From assembly GCF_000143415.4 (NCBI RefSeq), contig NW_003314384.1, positions 310,001 to 374,000 on the forward strand: a stretch of DNA of 64,000 nucleotides, in the 5' to 3' direction. Under the pieces are notes generated by a model. It saw only the letters and a program-made list of their open reading frames with translations, made no database searches and was not told where the DNA came from. The stretch is from Selaginella moellendorffii (Eukaryota > Plantae > Lycopodiophyta). This document shows, piece by piece, positions 12,452-25,300 of the stretch. Made by a program: the position numbers and the translations under genes. Position 1 is the first letter of the stretch. Every line of letters starts with the position of its first letter.

Positions 12452-14393
12452 ACTGCCGCACTGCTTTGCTTTTGCTTTTGCTTGCTTGCTCGCTCGACCG
12501 GGATGGGATTTCTCTTTGCTTTCTTTGTCTTGACACTATCACGGATTGTCTCTTTTCTTCCTTGATTCCAACCACAGCAATGCTTGCAGGTCACTTCTCT
12601 GCACGAGAGAGAACGAGATGTCAAGAGAAGGAAAGAAAAGAGTTAGAGCATTTCATATCACGAACCAAAAGGCAAGACGTGAAGTGATGGGAAGAACATG
12701 TGCGATGATGAGTGAGTGAGAATGATCAGATCGGGCTAGTACTGACACTATCTCTCAGAAGCACTGTGAATGATCGGCGAAAACGAGCGACGCAAATCTC
12801 AGAGTTTCATGGTTGGAAACAAGATCCAAGTTGTTCTTCCTCCTATCACATTGAAGGCTAGAACTCATTCACTTGAGAGGACGGATCGCGATTCGCGAAA
12901 CTAGAGGATCATAAAAAGCTTGGAGATAAAGAGGGAATGAAAGGAAGGACTTTCAAAGTTAAGTTGAAGGAAAAGAGAGGAGTGCTCACGAGAGAACAAA
13001 GGGGCGCTCGTCTTGTATATATACGGACCGCATCAAAGATTATTCAAAACGAAGAGCTAACCGGGGAAAGAAAAAGAGAGAAATCACGGGTTTCAACTCT
13101 TGGACATTTCATATATCTTATACCATAGCTTTATGGGAATGGGATCTTTGATTTTGGCTTGGCCAGGAGATGGCGACCGCCACTTAGGACTGGGAAGGAC
13201 TGACTTGGAAGTTTTTGGCATGGAAGCATTCTTTAAAGATCGCCCGCGGAGGAAATTTCCACGGAGCTGTATACTTGGACTAAACTCGGTAGTGATGGCG
13301 CTGGAGATATGAGCGCGAGGATGGAGAAGATTCTTAACAAGCTCCAATCAGTGGAGGAAGAAGGCCAGAAGAAACCCAAGGAGAAAAAGCGATTGTAAAG
13401 GAAGAGATGGAAGAAAAAGAAGAGGAGCAAATGGGACACTCATAGCTACTGCAGCCCTGTTGCTCTGTTGTGTGACTGGCAGCTATGGGGACAACCAGCC
13501 AAGCGCTGTAAGCTTTTTTTCCCCTTGGGCTCCTCTTTGGTGGCTCTTGTGGCTCGCCCCCTCAAACACCAAAAAGAGGACACGAATAATGCACGAAAGG
13601 AGGATTCATGCCTTCTTCCACATCATGGAAAAGATGGCAGATGGAAAATGTCAGCATCCATTCGTCAAATCCTAGCATCGATTCACTGAGACAAACGAGG
13701 AGGCAACAACGTCGCTGAGTGGAGGAGTGGTGTGGTACCATCTTTCTCTCATTCCTTGTTTTAATTGGATTTCCATTCCATCCGACCGACACGCAACAGG
13801 TAAGCTGGAGCTACGGGCCGCCCGCGATTTGGCGAGCCCAGAATCACGAGCAATTTGGAATGGAATGGAAGCTCGAGTTTTTCAATTGGAATCCCCTGTG
13901 GCATTGGGACCAGTCGGCTCCATGGATACGAGATAAGCATACTTAAACAAATCCATGGCTCTGGGATGTTGCGTGAAGCTGCCAAGGACTCGCTTGGATC
14001 TTTGTTTTTGGGCTGCTCTCAACCAGCCACCTCTCAAAGCTCTTGCCGCGAAAGGTTCGCGGGGTCGGTCGCAACTTGCACGCTCGCCGAGAACGCTAGT
14101 GGACTTGCTTGCATGTTTATAAGATTGAAAATGGGAGCCACGCAGCCTTGAATATCAAAGCTGGATTCCCAGTCACGTGAAAAATCCAGCCTTCTTTTTG
14201 CTCCCGAGAATAAAACTTTTCTCGGCGGAGATTGAAACACCACCACATCAATCATAGCAATACTAGCGTAGCGCTGCTCAAACCAAAACGCTCCTGTGTT
14301 AGAGATCTATGCCATTGTACTGCTACAAAGAGAGAAAAGCGAGAGAGATAACGACACCTTCAAAACTTGGTTGCGTTTGCGTTTCGTCAGCTC

Positions 14394-15537
14394 TCAGCCT
14401 TTCTTGGCATACGAGATGACCATGGCATGGTTGGCAGTGATCTTGAAGCTCTGGAGTGCTTCCAACGCCACGGTTGCCTGTCCTTCGTCCGAGTACTCCA
14501 CAAATGCAATGCCGGGCCTGCCGTCCACCATCCTCACATCCTTCAAGCCGGGGTACCGAGTGAAGAGCATCTCCAGCATCGGCCCGGTGGTCTCGTCGGG
14601 GAGATTCTGGATGAAAAGGATGCTGTTTGGCTCCTGATTCCCAGGCTTCACAGGAGGCTGCATTGCATTCCACAACCAACTGGTGAGTACTCCTTGGCTG
14701 ACAGACACTAAAAGTACCCAGGCGCTTACCGGAGCTGCACCATACACATGACTGTGTGCTGGAGTGGCACCATTTGCCTGGGGCTGCTCCTGGTCCTTTC
14801 TCTTCTTGTCCACTGACACGAAAAAACGACATAGAAAAGAGATGAGACACCACGACGACACAGCAAAAGCAAAAGGAAAAAAGGCAACCAGAAGAACATT
14901 ACCTCCTTTATCTTCCGTCTTTCTCCTCTTCTCCTTTGGAGCATACGAGTCGTCGGTAAGGCTGATGATAGCATCGGACTTGGACTTGGCATACTGTATT
15001 ACCTACACAAACGTTTTCACCACAGCATGAGCTCCTCAAACTCGTCTATCCGGAGAAAAAAAAAAAACAATGCAATCACAAGAAGAAGATGCATCTTACA
15101 AGTGCCGATGCTCCTTTCACCATTGTCACGGCTCCTAGAAAAACAAAGACAAAGGAAATGGATTAACAGAGAGCTCACATTCATGCAATGCATTCTTCTT
15201 TTTTTTTTTTTTTTTTTTTTTTGTAAATCGTACCATGGGCCTGTCGAAGAGCTGGAACTCCTTCATGTGCCGCAGAGCGCTGGTGGCAGCCGGGATTTCG
15301 TTGAAGACAACCCACGCTTGGCCGCGCAACTTAGGCGTCTTGCACACCACCACATCGAGTATCCGGCCATAGGCAGAGAATAGCGCGTGCAATGCCCTCT
15401 TCATCTCTACAAACGCAACCACACACATCCATCACTGGCTGCTCGCGACGGGAAATCGAGTGTGACTCACCCTGTTTCTTCACCTTGCTGTTGAGATTCT
15501 TGATGTAGATCGTCTCGTTGGGCAGAATGTCCGCCAT
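14394..15537 (-). CDS. U2B'': U2B''/U1A-family snRNP protein (two RRMs), U2B''-like
   Basis: [46 protein letters not shown], then RRM2 [11 protein letters not shown]...GIAFVEY...ISYAKKG. Confidence 0.92.
15100..15134 (-). other. Candidate 35-nt stop-containing cassette exon inside U2B'' intron 2
   Basis: Pyrimidine tract + TTCTAG acceptor and GTAAGA donor. In frame it reads GAG CCG TGA. It splits a 231-nt intron into 99 and 97 nt introns. Confidence 0.55.
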
Positions 15538-15577
15538 GGTCTTGCAAAACCTAGGAGCTAGGGCAAAGAATGACCAT

Positions 15578-15586
15578 AAACCCTAA
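15578..15586 (+). promoter_or_regulatory. Telo-box (AAACCCTAA) just upstream of U2B''
   Basis: Exact AAACCCTAA about 40 bp from the ATG. Telo-boxes are typical of plant translation and RNP gene promoters. Confidence 0.5.
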
Positions 15587-15654
15587 TGAGTCAATCCTCT
15601 TGATATTACAAAGAACAAAAACTTATTTCGCGAGAGCGCGCGCGCGCGAGAGTC

Positions 15655-18600
15655 TCAGGCTTTCTGCTTGAGCGTGATCTTGTCACCCAAGCTGAGAGCA
15701 ATGCCTTGGGTCTTGCTCCTGATCCGGATGAAGCCACTCAGCTTGCCGTCGGGCATCTTCTCCACGCTCACATTCACCAGCGCGTCCTCTCCAAACACGC
15801 TCTTGGCGTAGAGATTGGCTGCCAAAAACCCACAATCTCCATCCAGTTGCGATCTACTCGTAGCAAACAAGCTGTTAGAATCTCCATCGATCCAGAGAGC
15901 TAGCCTAGACAACTTACGGCGGAGTCAAGCATTTCATGTTTGTGGAGGTGACGATGTGATCCAGGAACTGCTTCACGTCCTCTATGCTCGAGCTGATAGA
16001 AACCTGCACAAGAAGAACACGAGTGCGTACCATCGATCGAAAAAAAAGGGAGAAAAACTCTCGCGTACCTTGTTCTCCCATTCAAACTCGGCCCACATGT
16101 TCCTAAAGGCAACGTCGGGGCACGAGGCCGGCGAGATGTAGTCCATGATGTCAATGTGGATGTCGTTGAGGACGACAACGTTGCGGTCCAGAGCGCTGGT
16201 CGACTCGTATACGATGTTCCCGAATATCACTCCCGTCTCCGTGGATGAAACCTTGATGTTTGCTCTGATTTGCTTGCTTGCATCGGGAGCCAGCGTGTAG
16301 TTTTGCGGCCGCTCCACCAGCTTCAGGTCGCCCATGGTTGCCAGCTCCAGGCACAGGTTCTGGAGCGTCTCCTTGGTCCGGTTGATCACCGTCACGTCCA
16401 GCACAATGTCATACTGGTGTACCGTCACGTATGCTTCCGCATACACGGGATCACTGAACCCTGTGAGCTGAAGCACTCGGTTCAACTTCTTGGTGTCGTC
16501 GCTGTCTTTGGTGAACTCTCCAGTAGCTCGCTTCAGATCTGTCTGAACCTCGTCTTCCAGCTCTAGTTGGCTCATGCCCTGGCAAACGAAAACGATAGAG
16601 CGTTGTCAGCTAAGACGTGCAAGAGGAAAGAGGGGAGAGAGCTAACCTTTCGGCTCTTCAGGTGGTAGAAATCAATGAGGTCGTCTGGCTGAGCACGAGC
16701 AACCTGTTCCTTGGCTCTCGTCTCCTCCGAGTCCCGTCGGAGCTTCTCAGTGATCATCTTCACAAAGCTTGCCCTGCATTTCTCGAGCCAGATGCAACGG
16801 GCTTCCTCGTCTGGAGACGTCAGAACTCGGATGCACTGAGTGATCCTGTCCACCGAGTCGTTGTCAATGGGATGAGCCACTACCGCCGACTGACCGAGCC
16901 TGAGGATGGACACCATGACTAGAAGAATGTCTGCAGTTGCCTTGTTGACTGCCACCTTCGATGTCTGCAACTCTTCCAGCCGAAGAACAAGCTTTGTGAG
17001 CGTGCCACAGATAACAGAGCCGAGGAAAAAATCTCCAGTGAGAAGCAGCGTCCGAAGATTTGTAGAGGTTCCAGCAACCAAGGATACAGGCACTGCGAGA
17101 GCGATTTCCACCGCGGCTGTCTGAGACGCGTAAGTGCCATCCGCCAGGACGACCGGACGCTTGGAGCCGACCGATGTCGTCTGCTTGGATGTTGGAGCAG
17201 GAGCCTTTGAAGCAGAAGACTGGTCGGCTGCTTCGCCATCCTCGGCCACCGTAAAGAATGGAAGGTCACCCAGGCACTCCTTGATGGTTGAGATGGCACT
17301 CTCGATCTCAGGCAGCGACTGGCAATACTCGCCAATGATCCACAGAGCGCAGGAGCAGACCCGAGAGGCGGGAATCTGGTAGAAGAGGTCGAGAAGCCTG
17401 GTGATTATAGACTCCCGCAGCTTCGGGTTCGTCTCGATGATCTCCCTCACGAAACAAACCACGTCCAGAGCTGATGCCAAGTTGGTGTCCCCCAGAAAAT
17501 CCATGAGAAGGTGCACCACTGTGCTCGCCACCTCTGGGAACTTGACCGCGCACGAGTGTATGGCCTGGATCAACATCTGCCTGTACTCCGCATTCTTTTC
17601 CAGCTCTTTGTTCTGCGTCTTCACCACCTCCTTCTTGAGCGTCATCACCACCTCCTCGATGTTCCTCGGGGTGATGAGGTCCAGTGCGATGTCCAAAGTC
17701 TTCCTCCGGATATCCAGGTTGGGACTCTGAAGTGCCCGCAACACATCCATGATAAGCTCCACCACGATCTCCCTGTGCGTCGCCTTGAGCTCCTGGAGCC
17801 GGTCCAGGACGATGAGCTTGACGTTGTTGTCGCTCTGCGAGAGAAGGAGCTGGCAGTAGCAATTGGCAGCTGCTCTGATCGCCGTGGGTGCGCTCGACAG
17901 CGAGACGAGAGTTCCAGAGCACTCGTACATGACGGCGGTCGAGTGTGACTGGAGCAGCAGCAGGATCACCTTCATGAACTTCCCCTTGCCATCCGGGTTG
18001 GCCCGGCACACCTTTCGTATCAGCTCCAGCGCCACCATCTGGAGGAGATCACCCCAGCCAGGAACACTCTCGGCGTGAGTCAACAGAAAGCTCACAGCTC
18101 GGTCCTGGGCACAGTTGCAGAGCATGAGGAAGGCGTTCCTCTTGGCCGAGAGGTCCTGCTCCTTGCCCAGTATCTTCTCGATGAGCTCGGGAGCGTCGGG
18201 TAGCAAGTGGTCGCCTTGGGCGAGCTTGTAGATGGCCATGACCGCGAGAATAGCGTTCCTCCGAACGAAGGGGTGCCTGTGCTCCAAGTTGGTGACGATG
18301 GCGTGGACGAGAGGCTCGATGAGCTCCGCCTCGTTCAAGCGGGAGAGGAACCTGAGCGTGACGCCACGGATGTACTCATTGGGATGCTGGAGATTGTTGC
18401 GCAGGTTCTGGCAGATGAGGATCATCTCCGGCAAGATCTTGCCTTGCGCGTCCGTCTTGTCGATGATCTCCAGGTAGAGCAGCAGCAGCTTCTGGATGGT
18501 GTGATCCTCGGACGGCAGCACGTAGCGGACAATGGTGATGAAGAGCTGCGGGATGGTCTCGCCATTGAGCATGAGCATGACGGCCTTCTTCATCGCCTCC

Positions 18601-18704
18601 ACCTTGCGCGGCGTGTCATTGCTCTCCAGAGACTCCCGGATCTCATTCGCAAGCGCGGGGGAGCTCTTGTCGAAATGGACCAAGAGGCTGCACGATTTCT
18701 CCAT
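15655..18704 (-). CDS. COPB: Coatomer subunit beta (beta-COP), 4 exons
   Basis: 710-aa first-exon ORF ([43 protein letters not shown]), [47 protein letters not shown]. Confidence 0.97.
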
Positions 18705-19315
18705 CCTGGATCTGGGATCAAACCCTCAAACCCTCGACCAGATCTCGACGCCTACACCATGGACGAGCTAAGATCTGGCACCGCCCTGCCCGAGATCTAG
18801 GAGGATTACCTGGAGTAGCACGCGGTGGCGCTCGAGCCTGCCTTTTCCTCCCCCCAGAGTATAAGCCCTTGCTACCCGGTCTGGAGCTCCAATCCGGTAA
18901 AGAGCCCTAGCATTTATGATAAATAAGGTATTTGCTTAATTAACCCTAAAGTGGTATAGAGGTTTGTGTTTTGTCCATTTGAGCTGCACTCGCTGGTGTT
19001 TTCTGTGGGATGTGCTTGTGGTGTCACCTGGTTTTGTTTTTGTTTCAGCGACACCAGCGATGGCACTTCAAGCTGGGGTGCGCCAGTTGTTTTGTTTCAC
19101 GTTTGGCTTCTTCAGTAATGTGCATTCTCGTTTTCCTTTGTTTTCCAAATGCATAGGGAAGTAGAGCTGCTCAACTATAATCGCGAGGTTGCCAAGACCT
19201 GAGCATAAAAGTACATCGGAAGGAACTCGAGTTAAATTCGAATGACATTAGAGATGGCAGCTTTGACCATTCCTTCAAAGCATCACGCAAAATCCGGGGA
19301 ATAGGCCTGAGGAGG

Positions 19316-19869
19316 GTGAGCCGTGAGGAAGCATACGAGGTGATGCTTCTTCAAGGCATTGGTTCCGGGATTTCCTCCGTCCCACGAAAGATTTCATACT
19401 TTGCTACGGTGGCCTTTCCCGGGGCTGGAAAGGCAACACTAGGACGAAGGGCTCGGGAGTTCCTTTTGACGTGTTGGAATGCTTGGCCGGATGGGAGGAA
19501 TCAAGCCGTGCTGGGGCTGGACGATGCGGACTACGAGCTCTTCAAGTCTATGGCTGCCAGTTCTTTGTATGTTCCACACGGTTGCACACGATAGGGGACG
19601 TATTGTAGATGGTGGAACCGGCGGCAGATACTGGCACAGATGGAGATCTGGAAGTGTCCAAGGCTGAAGCTGCATCTCAGGCTGGCAAATGTGCTGGGTT
19701 TTCTCCGGTTGGCACTTTGTGTGCGCTGCTGTGTGTCTTCTTTGACGAGCTGAATGTCGTCAAGCAGAGGCAAAGTGCTGGGCGGGATGGAAAGATTTTT
19801 TCTGACTACGATGATAAGGTGCAGTGGGGTTCAGTAGAAGCTGCTGGGTTCAGTGGCTGTCCCCGTTAG
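19316..19869 (+). pseudogene. Possible decayed P-loop NTPase fragment
   Basis: Walker-A-like AFPGAGKAT and, in another frame, Walker-B-like LCVFFDE. Stops and frameshifts lie between them. Confidence 0.3.
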
Positions 19870-20711
19870 GTGCAGTTCATTTCTGGTGAAGAAGCTGGCC
19901 AACATTCTGGAAAAGGAGTTGAAAATCTCATTGCCAAAAGATCCCAGGGAGGGCCAGAAACAGGGTGGTGCTCGTGCTGTACTGTTGCTTACCTAAAGGA
20001 TGCTTCATATGGAACGTTAGGCTTCCACCTTGCTGCCAAGAGGATCTTTGGTGCCCCAAATCGTTTGCAGATGCATGTGTTCCAACTGAGAACGCGTAAG
20101 GACACCTTGGCCACGCGGCCGGTGACACATTAGAGCATGCGAGAGATTACGAGATCGAGGAAACAAGCAAGAGATGGGTCAGCTGTACTAGGGCCCGGCA
20201 CTTCATTTGGTGGTGATAGTTTTCATATTCTGCAAGATGGCTCAACCTGAGCAAGTAATAATTCTTCACTCGGTTTTGAAAAATCTCATGTTTTATTTTG
20301 CAGTAGGTGACCTTTGTAGTTCTAAGACTAGTTTGCTTTCTTTGGAGTGGCGAGTATATTAGAGACTAGCTTTCAGATAGGCTCGCTTTTCCCCTTGCCA
20401 AAAGACCTAACCCTGGAAAGATCAAGATCAGGATCAGGATGTAGATATGGAAGCAGACGAGTATGTATACATTACTAGAGAGTTGCAAACCGCGCTTCTT
20501 CAGAGTACTCATCCGTACTTTGCCAGGAGTGTGTTTTGCTTTGAGCAAGAGGGAGCTGCAATCTCTGTATTAAGGCTCTTTAGTAAAGCGGGAGTGTCCC
20601 ACTTTGCATGACTTGTAAAGGTTTATTATGATGGAGAAACCATAAAGATCGATGTTAGGAGCTTGCGCTCCACCCGGCTATGTTTGATGAATAGAACTTT
20701 AAAGTTGAGAA

Positions 20712-22094
20712 CTACAGTGCCAAGCTCTTTTGGGCCATGCGGAGCGCCCCTTCGAACGACTTGTTGCCGCCGATGAAGCCACTAGCGTGGACAAAAACGC
20801 CATTGTCAATTCCCGCGACCTGGGAGAGCTCCTCGTCCCTCAGCCCCCTCCATGCCGCTGGCAGTGCCTTGCGGCTCTCGAATCTCCCCGGAGCAAGAGC
20901 CACCGCTTGCACTCTCCACTGCCCGGCTCGCTCGTCCTCGTACAACACGTACTTGATGCTCGGCTTGATCTGGAGCTCCTCCTCGAGCTCGAACAAATGC
21001 TGTTTCCACTGCCAAACAATGCCACAAATTTCATGTCGTGTATGGACTAGACTGGAACGCCAAAGAAACAAAAAGTTACCGGACAAAACGTGTCCAGGAC
21101 CATGACTTCGCCGCTGGGATGGATCTCCTTTCTCCTGTTGATGCAGTCGAGCACAATGGATCTGGCCGGCAACCATGACTTGGCATAGTAACGAAGAGCC
21201 TGTGGAGAGAAAGGAAGTGTGCGCGAGTCAAACGCGAGGTATCGATCATCACACTCACTTGCTGGAACTCGCTGCCAGTCAGCTCCATGGCTCGAGCAAA
21301 CGCAGCGTTCTCCATTTCCACGCTTTGCTCCTCCGTCCAGTCGGGATTGAGCTTCCCCACGCGGGCAGACAAGTTAGTGTTCTCCACGTACTTCGGGGGC
21401 TGATCCACGTCGTACTGGTTGATTCCATTGTCAATGGCATCGATTCCCTGCAAGTGAAAAAACAAAAGGAGTCGAGCTTGTAGCTTGTGAGCTAGCCGGA
21501 GCTTCACCTCCATGAAGTTCTTGTACAGTGCAACGTAAATGGCCTCCACGTCGGGATGATCCGGTTGGAGCGCAAGCTCCTTAGCCACGATCTCCTTTCC
21601 AAAGTGCTGCTTCCAAGCATTATGAGCTAAGCTGGAACAAGGAAAGAAATCTTACCTTGTACACAAGGCCCGCGCTGCTGAGCTTTGTGTTGAATCCATT
21701 GCCTAGGACATGATCGAATCCTCGCTGGTGATGGTCGAAACGATCTTTCTCGGGATCGTACACACCACCAACATCCAGTACCGCGTCAAGCTTGTCCAGA
21801 ACCTGGCCAGAGGGAAACCATTGGTTTTTCTAAGAGATTGACCACTTAACTCACCTCTTGGTTCCGGGTCCGGACGATGTCTGCATTGGCGAACTTGTCC
21901 GTGAGGCGGATGAGGAAGCATCCCAGTGCCTCGTCACAGTGGAAAGTCCCATTGTGCGTGCCTACCTTTGCCACTCGTTCGCTGCGGCCACCCAAACTGG
22001 AGCTCACGCGAACCATAGCCGAGCTGATCCCTCGCGACACAAGAAAAGAGGAGGCTGTGATAGGAAGGAAAGAGGGACGCAATGCGGCCAGCAT
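20712..22094 (-). CDS. MYG1: MYG1 family exonuclease (UPF0160)
   Basis: [80 protein letters not shown]. Confidence 0.95.
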
Positions 22095-22319
22095 AACCCT
22101 AACAAGGTTAGCAAATTGATTTTCTTCTTTTGAATGAAGAAAATAGTGAAGGATAAAATGCTTATGCTGCAGGTAAATGATTGGAAATGGACTTTGTCAC
22201 CAAGCATGAGAAGTGATTGTGAGGAAGACATGGGGCTGACAAGAAGACTAGTTCTGTGGGCCAACATAATTGGCTTCAGGATTTTCAAGTTGCATCTAGA
22301 AGGCATTATACTCACTTAG

Positions 22320-25300
22320 TGCATTTGTAATTATATATTATATGCAGTAAATGCCTAGGGATTTTTTTTTTTCATTTTATTGCTATTGGATTTGTGTTTG
22401 AACTTTGAGAGATAAGGATGATGTGTTAGGGATACTTTTCTAACATGATTAAGTATTTAATGTTGTAAATCACTAACAACTTAAAAATAGAAGAAAATGA
22501 AACATGACTTTGATGCAGAAATATTAGATACAGTATCCACATCCAGCCATATTTTTTTTAACAAGCAAGAAATGTTTGCTTTCTTGCAAGCAATGAAACA
22601 CGTTTTTAAATGTACTTAGCTGATAAAGCCATACTCAAGTAAACACTCAATCATTTGACACTTGAACTTTGCATAATTGAGTAAAACTAACTAACAAAAG
22701 ATCAGCTCTACCACAATTATGTTGCTCAACTCTAGACAAAGTGGTAAATCATATAATTAGTAATACCTCCTTAAGCTTCTCAAGATTTTCCAACATTACT
22801 AATCCTTCATGCAAAGATTTTCAACTCTGAGATGTATATCAAACACAACTCACTCTTTTTATTGTGTTAGTTCACACCTCAACAACAAATAATATACTTT
22901 GAAAATGTACACTTTGATTGAAAGGTTGTGATCATAGTAATAAATTGCAACTCCAACCTCTCCAACTTTAACATTTTCCCACACTTTTTACTTAGAATTA
23001 TACTTGATGTAAAAAAAAATTGCTTTAAGTGCTTTGAGTTTTTTTGAAAGCTACTTATTTATTTTATACAACACAAAAGTATAAGCCTTGCAGAAATCAA
23101 ATAGATCACTCAATAAATGTTTAACTTTATATACAAGAGTATAGTCTTAATGTTATCCAAACATCATTTAACGGTTATTATTAATATAATTAGATTGAGA
23201 AAAGTTGTAACATTTATTTATACAAAATCAGATGAAATCAAACTACTTTAAAACTTTCTATATTGAAAATATTTTACAAATGTTTTCACCCATCAAATAA
23301 TGTTAATAAACACATGATTTTGCCTTACATATATAATAAGCTTTTGAAACAAAAGTAGCTTTTAACAATCATTTTGAGAGCAATTCTAATATATAAAACC
23401 TAACCATTTGATATAGATTTTCCTAAACATTTTTAACATTCACTTTCAAATAAAAAAAAGACTTTCATGAGTTTATGATGTAGCCTTTAGATTTTTTATT
23501 TGTTCACTCTAAAGTTATATAAAAAATTAAAAATATATCATATTTAAAATTTGAATTATCATTTTTGTAATTGCTCTAAACAACAATCCAATATGTCATT
23601 AAAAATAAAGATTACATTTTAATATTAAAAACTCTCCAATCCATGTTTATAATCCTATGTATGTTGTTATTGGTATAATTCTTTGGCAATTGAAATCCAT
23701 GTTTATAATCCTATATATATATTGTTATTTGTATAATTCTTTGGCAATTGAAATTCATTGGAACCATTAGCTACTATAGCAGGACCAATATTATAAATAT
23801 TTTAACTTTTAGAAAATGCTTGCGAAGATAAAAAGAGAAAAAGAATAAAACAGAAAAAATATATCTATTACTTATTTTTCCTTTCTGACTGTTCCCCATA
23901 GAATGTAATTTTATCCCTACTAAACTCACTCAAACAATATAAAATTAACTTCAATTGAGTATAATTGATTCTAAAAATAGAAAGCATTATGGATAAAGTT
24001 TTTTAACCAAGTTCATTTTCTTAAACACATGAATACTCAATCTTAACTAGCTTTTATTCTTTTCACATCTTTTTTATGATTTTTATAATTTTACTTGAAT
24101 TAACTCCTCTATGAATTATGTTATCCAACTATATAAACTACTTTTCTTTCAATTTCTTCAAAATTTCTAAGATTTTTATTTTATTATTTCAATTTTATAA
24201 TTGTTTTAAGTATAACAAAGGTGAAAACACTTAAATTTGCCACATTATGAGATAACAATTCATCTTTAAAACACACACCTTTAATTTAATTAAACATTTG
24301 TTTAATAATGGCTTTTCCTTTTCATTCGCAACAAAAATATTTAAAATTTAAAATTATACTCCATTCATTAACAATAATATTAAGTTATTTATGATTGCTT
24401 TAGTTATTTATGATTGCTGCTATAAATGAATGTTTAAATTTTTAATTTATATACAAAAAAATTTTGATTATAAAAAACAAATTTAAGAGTACAAAAAATC
24501 ATAACTATTCAATTAAAGAGTTAATGTTGTTAATATTCTAAAGGCTAAATCATTGTGATAAAATTATCCCATGATTTGAGCCCATGGTAAAATGTTAGTA
24601 ATGTGTATTTCCCATGTAGTACTTTGCATCATGGTGCGTAACTTAAAATCAAGTTTTTTTAACAAGTTGTTGAAATAATACTAACTTATATAAATAAGTT
24701 TTGTTAGGATTATAAATTTGTTTTTTTAAAAAATAATTGTAGAAATTTTTTTCCTAAAAATATTTAATTTTTACGATTTTAAATTTTAAATTTTTAGTCT
24801 TAATATTGCATATCATATATTTACCCATTACTATTCCAAATTTTTAAAATGTTGAATTGTTAATGACAAATTTAAACTAACAATTTTGTAGTTGAAAGGA
24901 GTATTTAAAAGAATATATAAAATATTTTAATGGTTGGAAATGGTATATAAAAAAAATGAATATTTTGAGACATAGTAGCGTATGGATGAGATTACAAAGT
25001 GCCAAAGAATTTAACATAAATTTGAATGTAACTAAATATAATATAAAAATTATATGTAATTGAGTTGTTGCCCAAGTTTTTGGATAATAAATAAAATGAT
25101 AAATTTATTTTCTTATATAGTTGTTTAGTAATTGTTTCGGGATGTGTTGGCCTAGACATTAATTTATTTATTAAAAATTTTTTATCTAAAAATATTTAGT
25201 AAATACCTTATTATATTTATAAAATTTTAGACTAAATTAAGTTTTTTAAAAACACATTTTTTTAACTATAACACTTATTTTTGATAAATTAAAAAGTGTT

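Noticed and set aside
13100-14255. Short ORFs and a TTCCATTCCA/TGGAATGGAA inverted match as gene or miRNA
   Set aside because: No recognisable domain, stem too short, and no conserved miRNA sequence recognised.
14324-14330. ATTGTAC U1A-type site near the U2B'' 3' UTR
   Set aside because: It lies on the plus strand, so it is absent from the minus-strand U2B'' mRNA.
15157-15167. 11-nt complementarity to 25S rRNA in the U2B'' intron
   Set aside because: No C or D boxes, and it overlaps a likely branch-point region.
16617-18800. Numerous antisense or alternate-frame ORFs over COPB (also over the PPRs, RLK and tubulin)
   Set aside because: Shadows of GC-rich coding sequence.
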